Source: a virus
Direction: 5' to 3' (one strand)
IMG/VR virus record: IMGVR_UViG_3300045988_174550
Length of the DNA stretch: 62,134 nucleotides
The notes under the pieces are model-generated. The model had not been told where the DNA came from, ran no database searches, and saw nothing but the letters and a program-made list of their open reading frames with translations. Below are positions 54,748-62,134 of the stretch, one piece after another. Position numbers and translations under genes: made by a program. Numbering within the stretch: position 1 is the first letter of the stretch; each line of letters opens with the position of its first letter.

Positions 54748-56256
54748 CTATACTCCGAAAGCTTGGCGAAGCATCCCGAACATGGCGGCCGGCAGTGCCT
54801 TCACATCATCTACGCGGCGCCATCTTGCTGGCGGCATAAAGTCCCGCAACCCGTCGTCGCAGATACCGAAGCCGTAAAGTTCCACGCCGTGCGCCGCGCA
54901 CCGCTCGATGATAAGTCTGAAGTATTCCTCGTTGTATGTCCTGCCGTCGGTAAGGATGAAAATAATCTTTCTCGAGTCCGACCCGGGCACGAACTTCATC
55001 AACGCTCTGACGACGCCCTCGCCGCACGACGTCCCGCCGCTCGGGACGATGCGCATCTGCATTCTGAGCGGCTCGTGCGGGTCGAGGATGTCGACGGTAG
55101 CGTTCCCCGAGAATCCCACCGCAAACGAGCGGACGGAGACGGGGAGCTTGCGCAGGCTCGACATGGCGGCGAAGAGTGAGCGTGAAGTGACGACCGCCTT
55201 CTCGCCCGACATGCTGCCCGACATGTCGACCACCATACCTATCTCGGTATTGAGCGATATCTTCTCCACACGCGAGGCGAAGACCCGCGCATTATTTACG
55301 GCCAGACGGTGGAGCTTATTGCAATCGAGCCTGCCCCGACGAAAACCTCCTTCCCGATTCAGGGCGACGGTCTGCAAGAGCGAGCGCAGGCGGGCATCGA
55401 GCACACCCGTCTCCTTGCGCGCCGCATAGATGTCGTTGGGCGTAAGCTCCTCAAGCAGACGGTCGCGGTCCCGGCCGTCATTCCCGGCGCATCCCGCCGT
55501 ATACCGCTCCATCTGCTCGGGCTCGGGCGCTTCGCTGGCTTCGACCTGCTCGGCAATCGCCTTCTTGACGGCGTCAGCGAAAGCATCTCCGTCCCCCTCG
55601 TTCCCCTTCATCGCGTCACTCGGCATATCGACGCCCGCATCCCGGAGAATCTCGGCCACGTGCAGGGCGTGGTCCTTCGATTCCTTCGTGCTCTCCGACC
55701 GTGCCCCGCTGATAAGCGCGTCCTCAAGTCGTTCGGTCAGGCCGGGCACGGCGGCATCGAGCCGCTCCCCGCACGCTTTCGCCCGCGATTCCAACGCAGG
55801 TACGTCCACCGCACGCGCCCGGATAAGGCAGTAGTTCACGGCAAGCCCGGGCATCATGTCCGTCTCAAGTTCGTCGTCCTTGTCGAATATCTCCAAGACC
55901 AACCGTCGCAGGTTCGCACCGCATCCTATGAAGGCACGGGACATACGCCGCTCTACGAAGCAGTCTTCAAAGATGTTCCACAGATGCCGTTCAAGCGGGC
56001 CGAGGCCCTTTATATCTACCCCGTCGTCGGTAAAGCGCACATGTCCGGCTTCATGGTCGATATACCCGCGCAGATACGTGAGATACTTCTCGCCCGTCTC
56101 CTCGATGGCAGGGATGATAATCTTCTTGCCGCCATCGCTCGTCACCCCAGTCATAGCCGTCGCAACACCGGGCACCACATCTACGGTAACGCCGTAGTCT
56201 GTGGAGATAGCCTTCGCCACCAGCGCCATTGATATGGCGTCCCCATACTTTCTCAT
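54748..56256 (-). CDS. von Willebrand factor A (CobT-like) protein
   Basis: MIDAS DxSxS (VVDMSGSMSG). Start is at ATG 56256 (SD GGAGATAC), not the upstream ORF-track start. Confidence 0.75.
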   Translation of the reverse strand: MRKYGDAISMALVAKAISTDYGVTVDVVPGVATAMTGVTSDGGKKIIIPAIEETGEKYLTYLRGYIDHEAGHVRFTDDGVDIKGLGPLERHLWNIFEDCFVERRMSRAFIGCGANLRRLVLEIFDKDDELETDMMPGLAVNYCLIRARAVDVPALESRAKACGERLDAAVPGLTERLEDALISGARSESTKESKDHALHVAEILRDAGVDMPSDAMKGNEGDGDAFADAVKKAIAEQVEASEAPEPEQMERYTAGCAGNDGRDRDRLLEELTPNDIYAARKETGVLDARLRSLLQTVALNREGGFRRGRLDCNKLHRLAVNNARVFASRVEKISLNTEIGMVVDMSGSMSGEKAVVTSRSLFAAMSSLRKLPVSVRSFAVGFSGNATVDILDPHEPLRMQMRIVPSGGTSCGEGVVRALMKFVPGSDSRKIIFILTDGRTYNEEYFRLIIERCAAHGVELYGFGICDDGLRDFMPPARWRRVDDVKALPAAMFGMLRQAFGV

Positions 56257-56266
56257 CCCGTATCTC

Positions 56267-56770
56267 CTAGTCGAGCCGATAGACCTCCCGTCCATCCGGC
56301 CCGATAAACTTGAGGTTCTCTCTGGTAAAGCCTCGCATCTGGCTGTCGCGAATGAAGCGATAGCCTTTGGGAATCGTCTTCCTGCCCTGCACCGCAACAC
56401 CCGGATACTTCTGCATAAACCATGCGAGGAAGGCCAGAAAGTCCGGCCACACCCAATCAAGGTTGCGCGCCTTTGCGATGAAGCGCAGCGCGTTGTGCCT
56501 GCGGTAGAGCCACGAGGACGTGCAGCCGTGCGTCTTGTTGTGCGACCCGAAGTCGGACCGCATCCTCTTCTGCTTGCAGCCGCACGACTGCACGTATTCC
56601 ATCAGCACCTTGTCGATGCGCGCCTCAATGGTCTTGCCGCACGAGCACTTAAACTCCCAGACGGGGATGGTCTTGTTGCGACGCAACCCCTGTCTGGTAA
56701 GAACCCGCACGACGCGGAGAGCCGTCAGCTCTCCGAACGTCCTGCCCGTGATGTCCTCGAAATAATCCAT
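56267..56770 (-). CDS. Zn-ribbon DNA-binding protein of the phage GRxFGxLT...CxCxCG...SCGC type (homing-endonuclease/AP2-associated family)
   Basis: ITGRTFGELTAL...WEFKCSCGKTIEARIDKVL..YVQSCGCK. It sits between the AAA+ and vWA genes. Confidence 0.5.
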   Translation of the reverse strand: MDYFEDITGRTFGELTALRVVRVLTRQGLRRNKTIPVWEFKCSCGKTIEARIDKVLMEYVQSCGCKQKRMRSDFGSHNKTHGCTSSWLYRRHNALRFIAKARNLDWVWPDFLAFLAWFMQKYPGVAVQGRKTIPKGYRFIRDSQMRGFTRENLKFIGPDGREVYRLD

Positions 56771-56778
56771 GTATCCTC

Positions 56779-57735
56779 CTAACCGAAGATGCGTTGGTAG
56801 ATTTCGTCAATCGCCACCCGGTCGGAACTCGACGCCTTATACGCGAAGGTGTGGTTAAGCGCCTGCTTGCAGAAGTTATAGTTCACATTGCCCGCCGACT
56901 CCTTCAGGACCTGCATGAAGAGGCCCCACCGCAGAAGCGTGCGGGTCGACATGGTAATGGAAAGCTGCGCGACGTGCGTGTCGTCGCCGTCCCCGGCAAA
57001 GAGCTTGCGGATGGCCTGCGCAAACGACGTCAGCTGCGCCACCTCTTCATCCGAAAGCTGCGGACACGCCTTTCTGAGCATCGCGAGCTCGGAGGACTCC
57101 GCCATGTAGTCCGCCTTGACCATGAAAAACCGGTCGGCGGCGGCTGCGTTCATGCGCAGGACCCCCTGATACAGGCCCGTCTCGTCGCCCGTGCCATTCG
57201 AGTTGGCCGTGGCTACGAAGCGGAACAGCGGATGCGGCTTTACGACCTCCCCGCCGTTCTCCGCAATGCAGAGCGGCGAGCCGTCAAGGATGGAGTTCAT
57301 CCCGGCCATCGCATCGGGAGAGAGCAGGTCGACCTCGTTCAAAAGGAAGATGCCGCCATACTTCATGGCCTGCGTGAGCGGGCCGTATTCGAAACGCATA
57401 TTGCCGTCGATGACGGCATGATGCCCGACGAGTTCCGGGAATTCCATCCGATTATGCCCGGTCGTCTCATACACGGGATAGTTGATGCGGCGTGCAAGCT
57501 GCTTCACAGCCGACGTCTTGCCGCATCCGGTTGGTCCGAAGACGAAAAGCGGGTCTTTGACATGCGCGAACCAGAACGCAATGGCACCGGCCCACTCGGG
57601 CATGACATATCTGATGTCCTCGTCCGGAACATAGGGGTTCGGCTCCATGAAGCCGACCACGGGACGCCCGCTCTTACGTCTGCCGAAAACCTCGCCAGCA
57701 TCAAACACCGTCGTCTTGTTGTTTATCGCAGCCAT
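56779..57735 (-). CDS. MoxR/CobS-like AAA+ ATPase
   Basis: Walker A GPTGCGKTS, Walker B IFLLNEVD. Start at ATG 57735 with SD AAAGGAGA. Confidence 0.8.
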   Translation of the reverse strand: MAAINNKTTVFDAGEVFGRRKSGRPVVGFMEPNPYVPDEDIRYVMPEWAGAIAFWFAHVKDPLFVFGPTGCGKTSAVKQLARRINYPVYETTGHNRMEFPELVGHHAVIDGNMRFEYGPLTQAMKYGGIFLLNEVDLLSPDAMAGMNSILDGSPLCIAENGGEVVKPHPLFRFVATANSNGTGDETGLYQGVLRMNAAAADRFFMVKADYMAESSELAMLRKACPQLSDEEVAQLTSFAQAIRKLFAGDGDDTHVAQLSITMSTRTLLRWGLFMQVLKESAGNVNYNFCKQALNHTFAYKASSSDRVAIDEIYQRIFG

Positions 57736-57752
57736 TGTCCGGTCTCCTTTTT

Positions 57753-58184
57753 CTAGTTCCAAGTCTGGTTTTTATCTTCTTCGTATTGCTCCACCATCGC
57801 GGAGATGATGCTCATGCACGCCGCCATAGCCTTTTCCCTCAAGTCCCCGTCGAGGTCCTCATCCGTCAGCAGGAAGTCGTCCTCCGAAAGGGAGGCTTTC
57901 GCCTCTTCAAATCCCGTCTGCATAAAGCCAATGACGGAATGCATGACTGCCGCCACGAACGTGATCCGTTCCCGGAGCAGAAAGGGTGCCTCCCTGTCCT
58001 CGGGCATACCTATCACCACGATATTCGACCCTTGCGTAGGAACCGTGGAATTGGGGTTCAGATTGTCGACGATACTCGTGAACGAAAAGACATACGCATC
58101 ATCCGGGTCCCACCCGAGCGGGGCGAAAACCATATTGAATATCTCCTCAGCCTTCATCTCGAGTTCATGGCGTTCACTCATCAT
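57753..58184 (-). CDS. Acidic hypothetical early protein
   Basis: 143 aa, visibly D/E-rich (for example EDDFLLTDEDLDGDL). Confidence 0.55.
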   Translation of the reverse strand: MMSERHELEMKAEEIFNMVFAPLGWDPDDAYVFSFTSIVDNLNPNSTVPTQGSNIVVIGMPEDREAPFLLRERITFVAAVMHSVIGFMQTGFEEAKASLSEDDFLLTDEDLDGDLREKAMAACMSIISAMVEQYEEDKNQTWN

Positions 58185-58221
58185 GTTTCTCCTTTATATG
58201 TTAAAAATATAAACTAGTCAA

Positions 58222-58746
58222 CTATATTATATTCCACAAACTTACATTTTCGGCAAGGTTATGGAACTTGAGCTTCTTTCGCTTCACGGGGAGCCTGAGA
58301 CTTGGGTCATCGGGAGACACGCGCAATTCCAGTCGATCCACCCATTTGCCGTCCGTAACTGTAATCGCGCTCATATCCAAGGCGAGGTCCGACAGGTAAT
58401 AGTCCATCTTCTTCGATATAAAGAGGGACTTAGTGACCGAGCAAATGGCCTCGGCGAGAAATGATTTCCCCACGTACTCCCTTTGCCCACACAGATTGAT
58501 GATATTGATATCCTTATCGGTGTAGAACGCTTCGAAGATGATGGTCTTCTCCGCAATATCCGCGACGAGGTTTTGGATACGACTTATCTGGAGATAGAAG
58601 CGGACGTCCTGCCGCACCTCGAATATATCATTCGCACCCTCGGGGCCTTGGACTTCGTGAACAATGGGAGCGTCGGGGTCGTCGCCCTGCACGGTGAGCG
58701 TGAGGTCTACCGCAGTCATGAGTCTTGCACGCGCTGATGCCATCAT
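58222..58746 (-). CDS. Hypothetical early protein
   Basis: 174-aa ORF. Confidence 0.55.
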   Translation of the reverse strand: MMASARARLMTAVDLTLTVQGDDPDAPIVHEVQGPEGANDIFEVRQDVRFYLQISRIQNLVADIAEKTIIFEAFYTDKDINIINLCGQREYVGKSFLAEAICSVTKSLFISKKMDYYLSDLALDMSAITVTDGKWVDRLELRVSPDDPSLRLPVKRKKLKFHNLAENVSLWNII

Positions 58747-58757
58747 GTATACCCTCC

Positions 58758-59510
58758 TTAAATAATATCAAACAATGACAGTGTGTTAGGTGTAAAGGCC
58801 CGTATTCTCGGGGCCATATTCAAGTTCATCGAGACGGCGATGGCTCCATTGTAGCCGTCGTCATACGACCTGATATAGAACTCGTCCGCGCCGGAGTCTT
58901 TGACCACGGGCTCCGTGAAATCCAGCAGACCGCACGGCTCGCCGCCGAGGAGCCGTACCTTGACGGGCTTGTCCACATCCAAAGACCCCGACTGGCCGCT
59001 CAAATAGACGCGACCATACGTATTGACGACACAGAGAGACCGGACAATATCCTCCACATACAATATATACAGAAGCCACAAGGCGTGGAAGAAGCAATGG
59101 TGTTTAAGAAACACGGTGCACACGCCCGTGTTTCTTACCGTTCCGAACACGGCGATAACCGACTTGGGATACTCCGTCCCGTAAGAGCACGCCGACAGCA
59201 GCAACTCAGGTTTGAAACCTTCGACATACACGTCTTTAACATATTCGTGTATGCGGGTATTGGATGCGTAAGGCTCCGCATACCAGTCCGAATCGCCCAA
59301 CCCATAAGAAGGCGGTTCGCAGAAACCGTGCGACATCATCCTTTGCCACCATTCCCTGACGGTTATCGTCACCTCGGCGGGCTGGACACGGGACAGAAAA
59401 TACCTGCCGGCGGACATGTTCGCCATGTGCGTGGCCTTAGTGCCGAACATCGTCATGTCCTTCATACACGCCCGCATGTATACCTCAATCGCATCAATGT
59501 TATTCGCCAT
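58758..59510 (-). CDS. Hypothetical early protein
   Basis: ATG 59510 with SD AAGGAAAA. 250 aa. Confidence 0.55.
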   Translation of the reverse strand: MANNIDAIEVYMRACMKDMTMFGTKATHMANMSAGRYFLSRVQPAEVTITVREWWQRMMSHGFCEPPSYGLGDSDWYAEPYASNTRIHEYVKDVYVEGFKPELLLSACSYGTEYPKSVIAVFGTVRNTGVCTVFLKHHCFFHALWLLYILYVEDIVRSLCVVNTYGRVYLSGQSGSLDVDKPVKVRLLGGEPCGLLDFTEPVVKDSGADEFYIRSYDDGYNGAIAVSMNLNMAPRIRAFTPNTLSLFDII

Positions 59511-59521
59511 ACCGTTTTCCT

Positions 59522-59860
59522 TTATAAAAGATCCCACATCGTGCAGTGTACGGTGTCGACGGGCATCGTACGGCCATCAACAGCAAAGCTCAGGAAAAAG
59601 ACGTCTTCACCGTCGGCAATGTCGCCACGGCATAAGCTAAAGTGCAGCGACTCCCCCGTGGTCGGCATCAAGACCTTTCTATCACTCCGGTCCGCATCCA
59701 TCAGCTGACACATTCCAACCCACTGTTCAGGATTGGTGGGGGAACGCCATACCAAATTCGTATCGGACATGAACAGCGGCTTCCCCGATTTATTATCGCA
59801 CGCCAAGTCGCGCCAGCCGAGGCCGAAGCCTTGCGGCAATAGCCCGCCCGTCTGAAACAT
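59522..59860 (-). CDS. Hypothetical protein; may be the C-terminal part of a gene whose frame switches across the upstream microsatellite
   Basis: Third-position G+C is 37/53 in this frame versus 28/54 in the overlapping frame (hand count). There is no SD before ATG 59860. Confidence 0.5.
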   Translation of the reverse strand: MFQTGGLLPQGFGLGWRDLACDNKSGKPLFMSDTNLVWRSPTNPEQWVGMCQLMDADRSDRKVLMPTTGESLHFSLCRGDIADGEDVFFLSFAVDGRTMPVDTVHCTMWDLL

Positions 59861-60003
59861 TCGACAAGGAGCTGGAGCTGGAGCTGGAGCTGGAGCTGGA
59901 GCTGGAGCTGGAGCTGGAGCTGGACATGGACGAGCGCGCTTGCCGTCACCTTGAAGACGAGCCGCTTCTTGCCCTTATATTCGAACAGATAGGCGAGCTC
60001 CAT
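59701..60003 (-). CDS. Upstream coding segment (MELAYLFEYKGKKRLVFKVTASALVHV + (QL)9) whose frame stays open to 59701; probably only the part above 59925 is genuinely coding in this frame
   Basis: Third-position G+C is 36/45 over 59928-60063 in this frame (hand count), dropping to about 52% below the repeat. Confidence 0.3.
   Translation of the reverse strand: MELAYLFEYKGKKRLVFKVTASALVHVQLQLQLQLQLQLQLQLQLLVECFRRAGYCRKASASAGATWRAIINRGSRCSCPIRIWYGVPPPILNSGLECVS
59868..59924. repeat. (GGAGCT)9 + GGA hexanucleotide microsatellite
   Basis: Counted directly. On the minus strand it encodes (QL)n, (PA)n or (SS)n depending on frame. Confidence 0.95.
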
Positions 60004-60145
60004 ATACCGTTTGCGGTGCGGCAATCTGATATGGACGGATGCCAGCGGCGTCGTCTCCGGCACCCGAACCCTACGGCGTGCGTATGCTCATGGATAGTCT
60101 GGAGCGCCGTAACCACATTGAAACTGCTAGCTATATCTACTCTCC

Positions 60146-61015
60146 CTACACGTTATGAGCCTGCATGTGCTCGAACGCGAAGTCGGGCTTCGTGGGGTCG
60201 ACGAAGTACGCCCGCCACTCCGGATACGGCAAGGGCTCGACGGAAGGCAACGGAAGCCAACGGGTACGCCATCCGTATCGACGGCTGAGTGTGTTCGCCC
60301 GGTTCACGATGCGCAGCACACGAAGACACTCGGACACAAGCATGTCCTCCAGCAGATACGGCATCTCATCGGGCAAAGTCAGATAGCATGACACGGCAAT
60401 GGAATCATCGTCCAGGTCGTCGATGCCGTTCATCACGGCACCGACATACGTGCCGAGCAAGTCCAGACTGCAACACTCGACAAACGTCTCCGCCGTGCCG
60501 TCATACGCAAAAAACGTACATATGTTATCAGCCCATATGCCACAAGAAAACAACAGTTGTTCCGCCTCGGGATGAAGGCGCACACGCTTCCCTCCATGAG
60601 TGGGGCGCAAAAGAAGCCGCTCGCAGAACCGGTCGAAATCCCAGTCCCACCCGGACTCACGCATATCCTTGGCAAACGTCCCCCGCACACACTCGCTAAA
60701 CATGGCCTCCACCATCTGATGATCCATGTTCCGCCGCACGAAACCACTCGACGCCTTATAGACGAACGCCCGGACCCCATCCGGCGTGAGACTCCCGCGA
60801 TCGACAAGCGTAAAGACGACGTCGTCTTCGCGCTCCTCCACACTCCATAGTATGTCGTCATCACCCATGCTCGGCTTGTCCATGAAGTTATCCATCCCGA
60901 CCACATCCACACGCGACCGAGGAAACTCCTCGCAGACATACTGCATGAGCGCCAGAGCCGTCACGTTTCGTACCGGCTCGCGCTTCTCAAAGACACACCG
61001 CATAATCTCAGACAT
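60146..61015 (-). CDS. Hypothetical early protein
   Basis: SD GGGAGGA, 289 aa. Confidence 0.6.
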   Translation of the reverse strand: MSEIMRCVFEKREPVRNVTALALMQYVCEEFPRSRVDVVGMDNFMDKPSMGDDDILWSVEEREDDVVFTLVDRGSLTPDGVRAFVYKASSGFVRRNMDHQMVEAMFSECVRGTFAKDMRESGWDWDFDRFCERLLLRPTHGGKRVRLHPEAEQLLFSCGIWADNICTFFAYDGTAETFVECCSLDLLGTYVGAVMNGIDDLDDDSIAVSCYLTLPDEMPYLLEDMLVSECLRVLRIVNRANTLSRRYGWRTRWLPLPSVEPLPYPEWRAYFVDPTKPDFAFEHMQAHNV

Positions 61016-61109
61016 GGAATCCTCCCTTATCGTTCAGGCCCGCGCTCCCTGCCGGAACGCGGGACCTTTCACAGGCTCGCGGCATCACGGTATCGGGGCA
61101 TGTGCCCCC

Positions 61110-61691
61110 TTACTTCTCGGGCACGAGAAAGCCGAAAGGCATACCCGGCATGAGAGGCCACACCTCGGTATCCGTGTCGAGAAACGTCCAGAACCTGTCC
61201 GCCACGAAATATGTCCGGAACTTGAAGCCGAAATACTCCATGAAGCCGCGAAGGTGCTTGCCGAGTTCCTTCGAACCGTCCGAAAGATACGTGGACTTCG
61301 TGGTCATCGGCCATGCGTCGGGCTGCACATAGAACACGTTCGGATGCATCGCCATCGCACCGGGAACAAGCAATGTCGGCATCAGGTGGGGCGCAAGACG
61401 CGACCCCTTCTTCAACTTCAGGCCATGCCGTATTCCGGAGTCAAAAGCGATGCAGCCCCCGAACGGCACGGACTCCCGCGACAGGGGCGCGGACTCGCAG
61501 GACACCCGCCGCCACGCAACGAGCCTGTCCTGATACCGCACCATGCAAACGCTCGTATCCCGGCAAAAGCCCGCACCGGACGGGAAACCGAAGTCGAGCT
61601 TCTCCACCGTAAACCCATGATACGGCAACATCACGGCACACTTCCCGAATGCTCGCGCCGCATTCGTTGCGGCGGTCGACGGCATTATCAT
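61110..61691 (-). CDS. Hypothetical early protein
   Basis: ATG 61691 with SD AAAGGAGG. ATGA overlap with the upstream small ORF. Confidence 0.55.
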   Translation of the reverse strand: MIMPSTAATNAARAFGKCAVMLPYHGFTVEKLDFGFPSGAGFCRDTSVCMVRYQDRLVAWRRVSCESAPLSRESVPFGGCIAFDSGIRHGLKLKKGSRLAPHLMPTLLVPGAMAMHPNVFYVQPDAWPMTTKSTYLSDGSKELGKHLRGFMEYFGFKFRTYFVADRFWTFLDTDTEVWPLMPGMPFGFLVPEK

Positions 61692-61837
61692 ACTGCCTCC
61701 TTTGTTTCGTAAGATACATGGTATATGTTTGTATCCGATACTCTCAGACACGACAAAAGGCAAGCCTCGGCTTCACGAAGACGACGGCACGCCCAAAGCC
61801 TGTCGGCATGACGCCATAAACGGTCGGCAATGTTCAT
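61688..61837 (-). CDS. First small ORF of the early leftward operon (49 aa, MNIADRLWRHADRLW...)
   Basis: SD CAGGAGGA before ATG 61837. The longer ORF-track version (to 62107) is translation of the tandem repeats. Confidence 0.45.
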   Translation of the reverse strand: MNIADRLWRHADRLWACRRLREAEACLLSCLRVSDTNIYHVSYETKEAV

Positions 61838-61919
61838 GGGTCCTCCTGTATGTTGGTATAGTTTGTGCATTGGATGCGCGTTGTCATGGTGTGGGGTGGG
61901 TACCAGCTGAGAACTCGAG

Positions 61920-62134
61920 TATGACTGCATGGCGTGTGTGTGCCAGCAGCTTGCCTGAGCATGACTGCATGGGGCAAGCGTCAACAGCTTGCCTGAGCAT
62001 GACTGCATGGGGCAAGCGTCAACAGCTTGCCTGAGCATGAGCAAGTATACTTCGTGGGATGAGCGGCAGCCGAGAACCCGAGCATGACTGCATGGGGCAA
62101 GCGTCAACAGCTTGCCTGAGCATGAGCAAGTATA
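61920..62134. repeat. 38-bp tandem repeat array: one degenerate and three exact copies, interleaved with a 23-bp module
   Basis: Exact copies of CATGACTGCATGGGGCAAGCGTCAACAGCTTGCCTGAG at 61960-61997, 61998-62035 and 62083-62120, with a degenerate copy at 61920-59. Each contains the palindrome GGCAAGC-N7-GCTTGCC. The module CATGAGCAAGTATACTTCGTGGG is at 62036-58 and at 62121 wrapping to nt 55. Confidence 0.95.

Noticed and set aside
54748-56460. Full-length 570-aa version of the vWA ORF (start 56460)
   Set aside because: Its first 68 codons overlap the Zn-ribbon gene (56267-56770) in another frame and are Arg/Cys-rich. ATG 56256 has a good SD and sits 10 nt after that gene's stop.
61838-62107. 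Upstream part of ORF 61688-62107 (-), with the repeated peptide LTLAPCSHA
   Set aside because: It is simply a translation of the 38-bp tandem repeats. Only the last 49 codons (ATG 61837 with a strong SD) look like a gene.
61920-62134. Possible CRISPR array, because of the regular 38-bp repeats
   Set aside because: Two of the exact copies abut with no spacer. The only intervening sequences are a repeated 23-bp module and one 24-nt segment. There are no cas genes. The unit carries a protein-binding-type palindrome. This is a tandem repeat or iteron array, not CRISPR.
1-62134. Genome-wide stop-codon reassignment (TAG or TGA recoding)
   Set aside because: Apart from the single TAG at 27200, all long genes are uninterrupted with standard stops, and no suppressor tRNA was seen. 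Recoded phages normally show many in-frame stops in late genes.

Overview
The window is an essentially complete genome of a G+C-rich tailed dsDNA phage. Its last 46 nt (62089-62134) repeat nt 1-46, so the unique length is about 62.09 kb. I saw no tRNA, rRNA, CRISPR array, integrase or reverse transcriptase by eye.

Layout:
- Non-coding hub (about 61840-62134 plus 1-630): 38-bp tandem repeats, an A22 homopolymer, a 44-nt A/T-only tract and two families of short repeated boxes.
- Minus-strand genes at 635-1885.
- Long plus-strand late/virion block (2150-40728): collagen-like tail fibre module, small and large terminase, portal, scaffold, major capsid, tail/virion proteins, a lysis cassette (M15 endolysin plus holin), a Rha antirepressor, a block of large internal-virion-like proteins, and a second collagen-like/Cys-rich module.
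- An IS200/IS605-family element (intact tnpA, frameshifted tnpB) inside a second Bro-N/KilAC antirepressor paralog (40965-43186).
- Long minus-strand early/replication block (61837 down to 43432): primase-polymerase/SF3 helicase, SNF2 helicase, VRR-NUC, Cas4-like nuclease, family A DNA polymerase, a CobS-like AAA+/vWA pair, and many unassigned early genes.

Best second-look items:
- The IS605/TnpB insertion and its predicted guide.
- An in-frame TAG in a conserved small gene.
- A switch of coding frame across a (GGAGCT)9 microsatellite.
- The repeat-rich, AT-rich candidate ori/pac hub.
- A duplicated promoter/operator module in front of the two antirepressor paralogs.
- The AAA+/vWA pair split by a Zn-ribbon DNA-binding gene, next to a HicA-like ORF.

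Family calls are from motif recognition by eye and memory; no searches were run.
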